The translations under genes were made by a program, and so were the position numbers. This document shows positions 33,818-42,867 of a DNA stretch of 64,000 nt, one piece after another; within the stretch, counting starts at the first letter, position 1, and each line of letters begins with the position of its first letter. The notes below the pieces were generated by a model. It was given only the letters and a program-made list of their open reading frames with translations. It did no database searches and was not told where the DNA came from. The DNA is taken from the NCBI GenBank assembly GCA_041666245.1, contig JBAYHG010000003.1:15977-79976 (forward strand), in the 5' to 3' direction. The DNA is from Candidatus Peribacteraceae bacterium. Lineage in GTDB: Bacteria > Patescibacteriota > Gracilibacteria > Peribacterales > Peribacteraceae.

Positions 33818-34734
33818 CTCCCGTTCTCTCCATCGTCGTCCCTGTTCACAACGAAGCGGAAAGTCTCCCGGAGCTCCTCCGTCGCATCGACGCCTCTGTC
33901 CGTGCGGGGTTTCCGGAGTACGAGGTTATCCTCGTTGACGACGGGAGCACTGATGAAAGCTGGTCGGTGATCCGGAATGCAGCGAGTCACCATTCCTCGG
34001 TGAGAGGCATCCGTCTCAGCAGGAATATGGGAGAGCACATCGCTGTTTCCGCCGGACTGGACGCCGCTTCCGGGGAGCGCGTAGTTCTCATGGATGCGGA
34101 CCTGCAGGATCTGCCTGAGCACATTCCCGTTCTCGCCGCCGAACTCGGGCATGGGTATGACATGGTCTATGCCATCCGCAAACATCGGCAGCATGGCGTG
34201 CTCAAGCGCTGGACGTCGTCGTTCTTCTGGATGCTCCTGCGTCGCCTCACAGGTCTCGACATCCCTCCGGATCAGGCGACGCTGCGCATCATGACGAAGC
34301 GATTTCGCGACGCACTCGTCAGCCTTCCCGAGTCGAATCGGTTCATCTACGGCCTCACGGCGGTCATCGGATTCCCTCAGAAGGGGGTGGAGCTCGAGCA
34401 CGGGAAGCGTTTCGCCGGTCGGAGCAACTACAATCCCATGAAACTCCTCCTCCTCGCGGCGACCGGTGTTACGGCGCTCTCGAGCTTCCCCCTCCGCCTC
34501 GCATTCTTCGTCGGTCTTTTCCTCACCGCCACTTCTTCCATATTTGCGGTGGAGATCCTCGTGCAGAAGCTCGTCTTCAATTCGGTGAGCGAAGGATGGA
34601 CGTCCCTCATGGTCGCGATCATCTTCATGGGGGGAGTGCAGATGACCATGATCGGCATTCTCGGCGTGTACATGGGCAAGAATTACATGGAGTCCAAACA
34701 TCGTCCGCTCTATTTCATTTCCGATCGCACCTGA
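33814..34734 (+). CDS. ArnC/GtrB-type polyprenyl-phosphate (amino)sugar transferase (GT2 with two C-terminal TM helices)
   Basis: MTPVLSIVVPVHNEAESLPELLRRI..YEVILVDDGSTDES..RNMGEHIAVSAGL..LMDADLQDLPEHIP..plus two C-terminal TM helices and ..GILGVYMGKNYMESKHRPLYF. By eye it is collinear with E. coli ArnC ([21 protein letters not shown]..). Confidence 0.85.
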   Translation: MTPVLSIVVPVHNEAESLPELLRRIDASVRAGFPEYEVILVDDGSTDESWSVIRNAASHHSSVRGIRLSRNMGEHIAVSAGLDAASGERVVLMDADLQDLPEHIPVLAAELGHGYDMVYAIRKHRQHGVLKRWTSSFFWMLLRRLTGLDIPPDQATLRIMTKRFRDALVSLPESNRFIYGLTAVIGFPQKGVELEHGKRFAGRSNYNPMKLLLLAATGVTALSSFPLRLAFFVGLFLTATSSIFAVEILVQKLVFNSVSEGWTSLMVAIIFMGGVQMTMIGILGVYMGKNYMESKHRPLYFISDRT

Positions 34735-34735
34735 T

Positions 34736-35731
34736 ATGGATCTCGCAGGGAAGCACATCGTCGTCACGGGCGGAGCCGGGTTCATCGGCTCGCACCTCGT
34801 AGACGGTCTCCTCGCCGCGGGAGCGTCCGTCCGTGTCATCGACGATTTCTCCACCGGGACGCGCGAGAATCTCCGCGAAGCGGCCGCCCATCCCCGCTGC
34901 GAGATCGTCGAGGCCGACGTGTGTGACCGCTTGAGGATGATGGAGCTCACGAAGGGGATTGACGTCATCTACCACCTGGCCATCCAGTGCCTCCGCGTTT
35001 CGCTCGCTGATCCCTGGAGCAACCACCGCGTGAATGCGGAAGGGACGCTTTCCATGCTCGATGCCGCACGCACGAACGGTGTCAGGAAGTTCGTCTACGT
35101 CTCCTCCTCGGAGATCTACGGTACGGCCACCGTCGTCCCCATGACCGAGGAGCATCCGAAGGAGCCCATCACGGTGTACGGGGCTTCCAAGCTCGCGGGG
35201 GAGCTCTACACCAATGCCTATCACCGCACGTACGGCCTCCGGACCACGGTCATCCGCCCGTTCAATACCTACGGCCCCCGTGAGCATCACCTCGGCAAGA
35301 GCGCGGAGGTGATCCCGCGTTTCTACACGCTCATCACGCACAACCGTCCCATCACCGTGTTCGGCGACGGGTCGCAGACGCGTGATTTCACGTATGTCGC
35401 GGACACGGCGCGCGGCATGATCGCCGTCGGCGCATCGGATGCTCTCGATGGGGAGACCATCAACATCGCGCGCGGAGAAGAGGTGTCTGTTCTCGCCATT
35501 GCGGAGAAGCTGGCGGTACTCCTCGGGAAGAAACTCCAAGTCCGTCACCTCCCGGAGCGGCCGGGCGACGTGATGCGTCACTGGGCTTCGAACGCGAAAG
35601 CGAAAGAGAAGCTGGGGTTCGTCGCGGTGACGGACATCGACGAAGGGCTGCGCCGGTACGTCGACTGGTGCGCGAAGAGCGGCATCGACTGGGACAGCGT
35701 CGCAGCGTCATTTCCCGAAACCAACTGGTAG
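34736..35731 (+). CDS. NAD-dependent epimerase/dehydratase (extended SDR)
   Basis: GKHIVVTGGAGFIGSHLV..VIDDFSTGTRENL..VYVSSSEIYG..YGASKLAGE..RPFNTYGPRE..GDGSQTRDFTYVADT... Confidence 0.85.
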   Translation: MDLAGKHIVVTGGAGFIGSHLVDGLLAAGASVRVIDDFSTGTRENLREAAAHPRCEIVEADVCDRLRMMELTKGIDVIYHLAIQCLRVSLADPWSNHRVNAEGTLSMLDAARTNGVRKFVYVSSSEIYGTATVVPMTEEHPKEPITVYGASKLAGELYTNAYHRTYGLRTTVIRPFNTYGPREHHLGKSAEVIPRFYTLITHNRPITVFGDGSQTRDFTYVADTARGMIAVGASDALDGETINIARGEEVSVLAIAEKLAVLLGKKLQVRHLPERPGDVMRHWASNAKAKEKLGFVAVTDIDEGLRRYVDWCAKSGIDWDSVAASFPETNW

Positions 35732-35733
35732 CC

Positions 35734-36450
35734 ATGAGAACCTTCTGCTTCACGGTTGATACGGAGTGGTCCCCGCCGGAGGCGATGGCCGATCTGCAGG
35801 CGCTGTTCGACGCTGCGGGTGTGCCCGTCACGTTCTTCTGCACCGATGATGTTCCTGCGATCACCGGGAAGCGGCACGAGATCGCCCTGCACCCCAACAT
35901 TCATTCGCTCGACGAGGCATCGGCGAAGATTGAAGCACTCAAACGGCACTATCCCTCCGCCCGCGGTATCCGCACGCACACGCTCTTCATGAGTTCGCGG
36001 CTGAATGCCGTCTTCCATGCGCAGGGACTCTCGTACCAATCCAATGCCTACACGGGGGAACCGATGCAGAGCGCCGTGGATTTCGGGGAAGGGGTCAAAA
36101 GCCTCCCCATTTTCTACATGGATCACGTCAATCTCACGAATCCCTCGATCAATCCCGCGTTCACACTCGACGCCTTCGATCTCACGCGCGACGGGGCGTA
36201 CATCTTCGACTTCCATCCGGTGATTTCTTACGTCAATTGCCACAGTCTTGCGCAGTACAGTGAGGCCAAGCTCTGCTACCATGATGCCGTGGAGCTCCGC
36301 TCACTCCGGCGTCCCGGCCAGCGGGGCACGCGCGATCTCCTCGTCGATTTGCTGGCCTACGTCCGTGACGAGAAGATCCCCACGCTCACCTGCTTCGATC
36401 TCCTCTCCCGCCATGCAAAAGATTCCTCTCACGAAGCCGCTTCTCGGTGA
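35734..36450 (+). CDS. Polysaccharide deacetylase-like protein (weak; ArnD/NodB-superfamily candidate)
   Basis: MRTFCFTVDTEWSPPEAMADLQALFDAAGVPVTFFCT..HEIALHPN..IRTHTLF... A D-T-E metal-site-like motif is present. The 3' end overlaps the next gene by 38 nt. Confidence 0.5.
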   Translation: MRTFCFTVDTEWSPPEAMADLQALFDAAGVPVTFFCTDDVPAITGKRHEIALHPNIHSLDEASAKIEALKRHYPSARGIRTHTLFMSSRLNAVFHAQGLSYQSNAYTGEPMQSAVDFGEGVKSLPIFYMDHVNLTNPSINPAFTLDAFDLTRDGAYIFDFHPVISYVNCHSLAQYSEAKLCYHDAVELRSLRRPGQRGTRDLLVDLLAYVRDEKIPTLTCFDLLSRHAKDSSHEAASR

Positions 36451-37534
36451 TGAAGAGACTGCACTCGTTTCCGAGGTGCTCTCATCGGGCTGGCTGACGC
36501 AGGGGGCGAAAGTCCGGGAATTTGAGCAGGCGGTTGCCGCCTCCACCGGGGCGAAGGAGGGGATCGCAACCACCAGCTGCACAACATCACTCTTCTCCTC
36601 CCTGAAGTTGCTCGGAATCGGGCCGGGTGACGAGGTCATCGTCCCGTCGCTCTCCTTCATCGCGTCGGCCAATTGCATCGTGCATGCCGGAGCGACGCCG
36701 GTGTTCTGCGAAGTGGAGGAGGACACCTACAACATCGATCCATCCCATATCGAGCCGCTCATCACGTCGCGCACGAAAGCGATCCTTCCCGTGCACCAGC
36801 TCGGGATTCCGTGCGACATTGACGCGATCTATGCGCTCGCCCGCTCGCATCGTCTCGCAGTTGTGGAAGATGCGGCCTGCGCCATCGGTTCGTCATACAA
36901 AGGTCGAAAGATCGGATCGGGGGGGATCGTGTGTTTCAGCTTCCATCCGCGCAAACTGATCTCCACCGGGGAAGGCGGCATGATCATGACGGACGATCCA
37001 GCGTTCGCCGTCCGCGCACGTCAATTCCGAGCCCACGGCATGAGCGCGGACGATCTCAAGCGTCACGCGGCCGGCACCGTCACCATCGAGGAGTATCCGG
37101 AGGTCGGGTACAACTTCCGCATGACCGACATCCAGGCGGCGCTTGGCATCGTTCAGATGCAGCGACTGCCTTCGATTTTGCACCGGAGGACGGAACTACG
37201 CCGCGTTTTCGATGCCGCGCTCGGTTCCATCTCCTGGCTGCGGCTTCCACGCATTCCATCCGAATCGGAGTGGAACGTGCAGTCCTACATTGTGCGGCTG
37301 CTGCCCGGAGCGCCGCTCGATCAGCGGACCCTCATGCAGGCTCTTCTGGACAAAGGGATCGCGAGCAGACGCGGGCTCATGGCGTCACATCTGGAATCGT
37401 GTTACCGGCATGCGGCCGCGGCGCTTCCGGTCACCGAAGAACTGACGACGCACACCATCCTCCTTCCGTTCTACCCGCAGATGACGGAGACGGAGACGGA
37501 CCGGGTACTGGATGTCGTCCACTCGTTCGCATGA
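36413..37534 (+). CDS. DegT/DnrJ/EryC1/StrS family sugar aminotransferase (copy 2)
   Basis: MQKIPLTKPLLGDEETALVSEVLSSGWLTQGAKVREFEQAVA..VIVPSLSFIASAN..FSFHPRKLISTGEGGMI..GYNFRMTDIQAALG... Confidence 0.9.
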   Translation: MQKIPLTKPLLGDEETALVSEVLSSGWLTQGAKVREFEQAVAASTGAKEGIATTSCTTSLFSSLKLLGIGPGDEVIVPSLSFIASANCIVHAGATPVFCEVEEDTYNIDPSHIEPLITSRTKAILPVHQLGIPCDIDAIYALARSHRLAVVEDAACAIGSSYKGRKIGSGGIVCFSFHPRKLISTGEGGMIMTDDPAFAVRARQFRAHGMSADDLKRHAAGTVTIEEYPEVGYNFRMTDIQAALGIVQMQRLPSILHRRTELRRVFDAALGSISWLRLPRIPSESEWNVQSYIVRLLPGAPLDQRTLMQALLDKGIASRRGLMASHLESCYRHAAAALPVTEELTTHTILLPFYPQMTETETDRVLDVVHSFA

Positions 37535-38268
37535 AGGATACGGCGTACGCACTATCGGCGGCCGTGGAGTCGCGGCATTGGTGGTACCAGGGGCGGGCGG
37601 CGATTCTTTCATCGCTCCTGCAACGGTTCCTGCCACCTTCCGCTTCCGTCCCGCGGATCCTCGATATCGGTTGCGGAACCGGAAACGACCTGCAGTTCCT
37701 CTCGCGCTTCGGGGGCGTCACGGGGCTCGATTTCCACGAGAGCGCCGTCGCCGCCTGCAGGGGATTGGGATTCGATGTCGTTCAGGGTGATGCCACCGCC
37801 CTCCCGTTTCCCGACCGGTCTTTCGATGTGGTCTGTTCCCTCGATGTTCTCAATGGCATCCGGGAAGACGGCGTCGCCGTGGCTGAGGCAATGAGAGTGC
37901 TTCGTCCAGGCGGAATCTTCCTCGTCACCGCGGGGGCAGGTCCATTGCTCTGGGGGAAAACCGATGTGCTTTCGCAGCACTGCCGGCGGTATCGCCGTCG
38001 AGAGTTTCTTGCTCTGCTGGGGGGAGAAGGGCGGACGATTCTTTTCCGCTCGCACTTCAATACCTTCCTCTTCCCGCTCGCGTTCCTCGCGCGCATGGCC
38101 GAACGGCTGTATCCGTCCCACAGCGATCAGATCCCAGGTCTCTCTGTTCCCCCGTTTCCGTTCAACGGGATGCTCCGGACGATCTTCGCTTCCGAACGGG
38201 TCCCGCTTCGTTTCTTCCCTCTGCCCTTCGGGGTTTCCATCGTGGCAATCGTGAAGAAAGAGAGGTAG
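37531..38268 (+). CDS. Class I SAM-dependent methyltransferase
   Basis: ..HWWYQGRAAIL..RILDIGCGTGNDLQFL..GDATALPFPDRSFDVVCSLDVL..LRPGGIFLV... ATGA overlap with the aminotransferase. Confidence 0.85.
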   Translation: MKDTAYALSAAVESRHWWYQGRAAILSSLLQRFLPPSASVPRILDIGCGTGNDLQFLSRFGGVTGLDFHESAVAACRGLGFDVVQGDATALPFPDRSFDVVCSLDVLNGIREDGVAVAEAMRVLRPGGIFLVTAGAGPLLWGKTDVLSQHCRRYRRREFLALLGGEGRTILFRSHFNTFLFPLAFLARMAERLYPSHSDQIPGLSVPPFPFNGMLRTIFASERVPLRFFPLPFGVSIVAIVKKER

Positions 38269-38315
38269 GGGGGCTCATGCTATGCGGCTGCGGATGTCTC
38301 TGATAATCTGCAGCT

Positions 38316-38732
38316 ATGGAGCAAATTGTCCCTGTCCGGAAGGGCTCCGTGACTTATGCCCTCTTCTTTCGAGGCCGCCCGGCGGCGCCCGGCGGCGTGC
38401 GTTTCCTCACGGAACCGTTCGATGAGTTTCAGACGGGGGTGATGGAGAGACCGGCGGGAAGTCGCGTGAAGCCGCATACGCATCCCCGTTTCGACAGGAC
38501 GGTGAAGGGGATGAGTGAATTCCTCTATGTGGAGAAGGGGTCGATCCGTGTGACAGTATTCGATGAGGAGTGGAAGGCGCTCCGGGAGGAGACACTTGAA
38601 CCGGGGGATTTCCTCCTCTTCTTCCGTGGCGGTCATGGCATCGATGTTCTCACCGATTGCCGCATGATCGAAGTGAAGCAGGGGCCCTTCGTGGGCGATG
38701 CCACAGTGAAGTTCTTCCCTCCGGAGTCATGA
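38316..38732 (+). CDS. Cupin-fold protein (WbuC-like / possible NDP-ketosugar isomerase or epimerase)
   Basis: 138 aa: ..GSRVKPHTHPRFDRTVKGMSEFLYVEKGSIRVTVFDEE..LEPGDFLLFFRGGHGIDVL.. shows the two-motif cupin pattern (H-x-H ... G-x-H). Confidence 0.6.
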   Translation: MEQIVPVRKGSVTYALFFRGRPAAPGGVRFLTEPFDEFQTGVMERPAGSRVKPHTHPRFDRTVKGMSEFLYVEKGSIRVTVFDEEWKALREETLEPGDFLLFFRGGHGIDVLTDCRMIEVKQGPFVGDATVKFFPPES

Positions 38733-39841
38733 AGGTTCCCGTGAACATGCCGGTCATTTCTCCGGAAGCGAAGGCTGCCGTTCTCGAAGCGCTGGAGAGC
38801 GGGTGGATTTCCTCTGCCGGTCCGGCTGTCACACGTTTTGAGCAGGAGTTCGCGCGCTGCGTGGGCATGCAGCACGGCATTGCGGTTATGAACGGGACGG
38901 CGGCCCTGCACCTCGCTCTCGCCAGTCTCGGCATCGGTCGGGGGGATGAAGTCATCGTTCCCGATTTCACGATGATCGCGACGGTGACGGCGGTGCTCTA
39001 CACCGGAGCCCAACCCGTCTTCGTCGATGTTGAGCGCGAGACCTTCGCCATGGATCCGGCGCTCCTGGAGGCCGCCATCACTCCGCGAACCAAGGCGATC
39101 CTCCCCGTGCACCTCTTCGGGCACAGCGCCGATATGGATCCGATTCTGGCGATCGCGAAAGCCCACGGTCTCGCGGTCATCGAGGATGCGGCCGAAGTGC
39201 ACGGTGCCACGTACCGCGGAAAGAAGTGCGGGTCGATGGGGATCGCCAATTGCTTCAGCTTCTACGCCAATAAAATCATCACGACGGGGGAGGGGGGGAT
39301 GGTGGTCACTGACGATGCGGCGATCGCCGAACACGCCCGACGCCTGCGCGATCTCGCTCACAGTCCCGGGCGACGGTTCTGGCACACCGAGCTGGGATTC
39401 AACTACCGCATGACGAATTTGCAGGCGGCTGTCGGACTCGGTGAACTTTCCCATCTCGATGATTATGTCGAAAAGAAGCAGTGGATGGCGAAGCGGTACG
39501 CGGAGGAGGTATCGGGGATTCCCGGTTTGCGTCTTCCCGTGACCAAGAGCTACGCCACGAACGTCTACTGGATGTACGCGGTCCTCGTGGAGGATGAGCT
39601 GGGGATGACGAGAGACGCATTGCGGGCACGTCTCCTGGAGCGCGGCGTGGATACGCGCGACTTCTTCTACCCGTGCCACAGTCAGCCCTTCCTCAAGGAC
39701 CATCCCCAGGCGACGGGCTCCTTCCCCGTCAGCGAAGATGTCGCGCAGCGAGGATTCTACCTTCCATCGGGGCTCGCTCTGACGGAGGAGCAGCTGCTCT
39801 ATACATGCGAAGCTCTCCGGTCGGTCATCAGGGGCAGGTAG
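38729..39841 (+). CDS. DegT/DnrJ/EryC1/StrS family sugar aminotransferase (copy 3)
   Basis: MKVPVNMPVISPEAKAAVLEALESGWISSAGPAVTRFEQEFA..VIVPDFTMIATV..FSFYANKIITTGEGGMV..GFNYRMTNLQAAVG... ATGA overlap with the cupin gene. Confidence 0.9.
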   Translation: MKVPVNMPVISPEAKAAVLEALESGWISSAGPAVTRFEQEFARCVGMQHGIAVMNGTAALHLALASLGIGRGDEVIVPDFTMIATVTAVLYTGAQPVFVDVERETFAMDPALLEAAITPRTKAILPVHLFGHSADMDPILAIAKAHGLAVIEDAAEVHGATYRGKKCGSMGIANCFSFYANKIITTGEGGMVVTDDAAIAEHARRLRDLAHSPGRRFWHTELGFNYRMTNLQAAVGLGELSHLDDYVEKKQWMAKRYAEEVSGIPGLRLPVTKSYATNVYWMYAVLVEDELGMTRDALRARLLERGVDTRDFFYPCHSQPFLKDHPQATGSFPVSEDVAQRGFYLPSGLALTEEQLLYTCEALRSVIRGR

Positions 39842-39896
39842 AGTTGTTCTGTCTGACAGTTCCTGTAGACTCCCGCTGCTTGTTTCGAGCGTTTCT

Positions 39897-40625
39897 ATGG
39901 TTCTCACGAACGCCAGTGTTTCTGTTGTGCTTCCTTCCTACAACGAAAGGGAGAGCATCGGCGAAGCCGTCTCGAGGATCGTCGGCGCGTTGGGAGATAC
40001 CCTGAAAGAAATCATCATCGTGGATGACAACAGTCCTGACCGCACGTGGGAGGTGGTGGAGTCACTCGGCGAACCGCGTTGCCGTGTCATTCGCCGGATG
40101 GACAAGCGGGGCTTGGCTTCGGCACTCGCGGACGGGACACGTGCCGCAATAGGCGACATCATCGTATGGCTGGATTGCGATTTGGGAATCCCGCCGGAGG
40201 ACATTCTGAAACTCGTGGAGAAGCTGGATACATACGATGTCGCCGTCGGCTCACGGTACGTGCCCGGTGGGATGGATACGAGACCGGCGTGGAGGGCGTT
40301 CCTCAGTCTGGTGTTCAACTGCTACACCAGGATCGTCCTCTGGAAGCGTTTCTGGGACTGGACATCCGGGTTTGCCGCGGCACGCCGGAATGTCCTTGAG
40401 CGCATCCCTCTCTCCGAGCAGGGGTTCGGCGAGTATTTCGTGGAGTGGGTGTACCGGTGCCTGCGAAGCGGCGTGCGCATCATAGAAGTTCCCTATCGGT
40501 ACGGGCTGCGCAAGAACGGTACGTCGAAAACTGATGGCAATCTGTGGGTGTTCCTGAGGCTCAGCGTGCGCTATGCGCTGCGGGTCCTTGCTGTTAGGAT
40601 GGGGGGCGGTTCACATCATGCATGA
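39897..40625 (+). CDS. Dpm1-like GT2 (polyprenol-phosphate mannose/hexose synthase type)
   Basis: VSVVLPSYNERESIGEAV..IIIVDDNSPDRTWEVV..RMDKRGLASALADG..WLDCDLG..GSRYVPGG..SGFAAARR... Confidence 0.85.
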   Translation: MVLTNASVSVVLPSYNERESIGEAVSRIVGALGDTLKEIIIVDDNSPDRTWEVVESLGEPRCRVIRRMDKRGLASALADGTRAAIGDIIVWLDCDLGIPPEDILKLVEKLDTYDVAVGSRYVPGGMDTRPAWRAFLSLVFNCYTRIVLWKRFWDWTSGFAAARRNVLERIPLSEQGFGEYFVEWVYRCLRSGVRIIEVPYRYGLRKNGTSKTDGNLWVFLRLSVRYALRVLAVRMGGGSHHA

Positions 40626-41884
40626 TTCCTCCAGCCTCAACCCGTCCGGCTCCTCCCACGAAGACCATTTCGCGATGCAGAGTGTGTGGCAGCACGGAGA
40701 TCGAATCGCTCTACTCCCTCGGTGATCTGTACGTATCCGATTTCGTCCCGGATCCGCAGCAGGGGGTGCGCGCTCCTCTGGAGATGGTCATGTGCGGGGG
40801 GTGCTCCCTCGTGCAACTGCGCCATTCTGCACCCCAGGAGCTTCTCTACAGTCGGTTCTACTGGTACCGCTCGGGCGTAACCGACACCATGCGCAAAGCG
40901 CTTCGGGACATCACGGAGGACATCGAGCGGCGCGTACCTCTCGTGGCGGGAGACATCGTCTTGGATATCGGATCGAATGACGGGACGATGCTGCGCACAT
41001 TCGCGGTGCCTGGACTCGTGAAAGTGGGTGTGGAGCCGGCATCCAACCTTGCCGAGGAGGGCCGGCAGGGACTCGAGTACTTCATCAACGATTTCTGGAA
41101 CTATGAACAGTACAAGAAGATCGTTCCGAAGAAGGCCAAGGTCATCACGGCGATCGGCATGTTCTACGACATGGACGATCCCAATCAATTCATCCGCGAC
41201 GCGGCCTCCGCGCTGGAGGAGGACGGGGTCTTCGTCGCACAGCTCATGTGTCTCAAGAACATGCTCGACACGAACGACGTGGGAAACATCTGCCACGAGC
41301 ATCTGGAGTACTATTCCCTCTCTGCGTTGGAGTTCCTGTTCGAGAAGAACGGCTTCACGCTCATCGATATCGACCACAACGAAGTGAATGGGGGGAGTTA
41401 CCGCGTGTATGCGGGGCTCACGGGGGGACGGCCTCCCGCGATGCCGGGGGCGGCGGAGCGTCTCGCACGGTACCGTGCCGAGGAGAAGGGGCTGACATCC
41501 AAGAACGTTCACAAGGAATTCTTCGCGAGGATCGAGGAAAACAAAAGGAAATGCGTCGAGTTCATTCGCGGGGAGGTATCGAAAGGCAAACGGGTGTGGG
41601 TGTACGGCGCCTCCACGAAGGGCAACACCATCCTGCAGTACTACGGGCTTGACCACACCCTCATCGAGTGCGCTTCGGAGCGTAGCCCGCAGAAGTGGGG
41701 GAAATTCACGGTGGGAACCGGCATTCCCATTGTCTCGGAGGAAGATGCGCGCGCGGCCAGGCCTGATTACTTCCTGGTCCTGCCCTACGCGTTTTTCAAC
41801 GAGTTCTACCGTCGTGAGGAGTCCTGGAGGAAGAGCGGTGGAACGTTCATCGTTCCCCTCCCGGAATTCCGGATTGTTCCATGA
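40622..41884 (+). CDS. NDP-sugar C-methyltransferase (TylCIII/TcaB9-like: Zn-ribbon + SAM-MT + C-terminal C-MT domain)
   Basis: ..CRVCGSTEIESLYSLGDLYVSDF..MVMCGGCSLVQL..YWYRSGVTDTMRKAL..VLDIGSNDGTML..CHEHLEYYSL..GGSYRVYA..VWVYGASTKGNTILQY..FLVLPYAFFNEF... The four-Cys N-terminal domain and the whole domain order match sugar 3-C-methyltransferases as I know them. Confidence 0.75.
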   Translation: MIPPASTRPAPPTKTISRCRVCGSTEIESLYSLGDLYVSDFVPDPQQGVRAPLEMVMCGGCSLVQLRHSAPQELLYSRFYWYRSGVTDTMRKALRDITEDIERRVPLVAGDIVLDIGSNDGTMLRTFAVPGLVKVGVEPASNLAEEGRQGLEYFINDFWNYEQYKKIVPKKAKVITAIGMFYDMDDPNQFIRDAASALEEDGVFVAQLMCLKNMLDTNDVGNICHEHLEYYSLSALEFLFEKNGFTLIDIDHNEVNGGSYRVYAGLTGGRPPAMPGAAERLARYRAEEKGLTSKNVHKEFFARIEENKRKCVEFIRGEVSKGKRVWVYGASTKGNTILQYYGLDHTLIECASERSPQKWGKFTVGTGIPIVSEEDARAARPDYFLVLPYAFFNEFYRREESWRKSGGTFIVPLPEFRIVP

Positions 41885-42861
41885 AGAAGAAAGCTCTCAT
41901 CCTCGGCGTGACCGGCCAGGACGGCAGCTACCTCACCGAGCTCCTCCTGGAGAAAGGATACGAGGTGCATGGTCTCATCCGACGTTCGGCGACGGGGAAC
42001 ACGAAAAACATCGAGCACCTCCTTGACCGTATCACGCTCCATCGCGGCGATTTGGCCGATACGACGTCCCTCTACCGCACGATCCAGAGCGTCAGTCCCA
42101 GCGAGATCTACAACGAGGCTGATCAGGACCATGCGGGCTGGAGCTACGATCTGGTGGATTACGCGTCCGACATCACGGGGAGCGCACCCGGCCGCATTCT
42201 GGAGATCATCCGGCAGCTCGATCCGACCATCCGGTTCTTCCAGCCTCTCACGTCCAACATGTTCGGCCTCGCGGAAGGGGTCACGCAGAATGAGCAGACT
42301 CCGCTCCGTCCCCAGAGTCCGTACGCCTGCGCCAAGGTGTATGCGCTCATGCTGACCCGTTACTATCGCGAGGTACACAAGATGTTCGCGTCCACGGCGA
42401 TCTTCTTCAACCATGAGTCTCCGCGACGGACCGAGTCGTACGTCACCCGCAAAATCACGAAGGCGGCCGTGCGGATTTCCCTCGGGCTTCAGAAGAAACT
42501 CCGTCTCGGTGACGTGAGTGCCCGGATCGATTTCGGGTTTGCCGGAGAGTACATGGAGGCGGCGTGGCACATCCTGCAGCTCGACCGACCGGATGATTTC
42601 GTCATCGGGACGGGAGAGGCGCATTCGGTTCAGGAGTTTGCGGAAGAAGCTTTCACGCAATTGGGTCTGAAGGCCTCGGACTACATTGAGATCGATCCGT
42701 CGCTCCTCCGCCCGGGGAAGACGAGCGCGCTCATCGCCGACTATGCCAAAGCGAAGAAGGCATTTGGGTACGAGCCCAAGGTGAAATTCCGGGATCTCAT
42801 TAAGATCATGATTCAGCACGATCTAGAGATCGAGAAACGTCAGATGGGACAGCAGAAGTAG
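41881..42861 (+). CDS. Divergent GDP-mannose 4,6-dehydratase paralog (catalytic Glu position is Asn)
   Basis: [75 protein letters not shown]... It is Gmd-like throughout, but has TSN where gmd at 45141 has SSE. ATGA overlap with the C-methyltransferase. Confidence 0.75.
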   Translation: MKKKALILGVTGQDGSYLTELLLEKGYEVHGLIRRSATGNTKNIEHLLDRITLHRGDLADTTSLYRTIQSVSPSEIYNEADQDHAGWSYDLVDYASDITGSAPGRILEIIRQLDPTIRFFQPLTSNMFGLAEGVTQNEQTPLRPQSPYACAKVYALMLTRYYREVHKMFASTAIFFNHESPRRTESYVTRKITKAAVRISLGLQKKLRLGDVSARIDFGFAGEYMEAAWHILQLDRPDDFVIGTGEAHSVQEFAEEAFTQLGLKASDYIEIDPSLLRPGKTSALIADYAKAKKAFGYEPKVKFRDLIKIMIQHDLEIEKRQMGQQK

Positions 42862-42867
42862 TGCGGA

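Noticed and set aside
33661-34968. 435-aa minus-strand ORF
   Set aside because: It is antisense to the ArnC-like GT2 and neighbouring genes, which have clear family motifs. Its composition is typical of a shadow ORF.
38633-39907. 424-aa minus-strand ORF
   Set aside because: It is antisense to DegT aminotransferase copy 3, whose plus-strand translation carries the full DegT signature.
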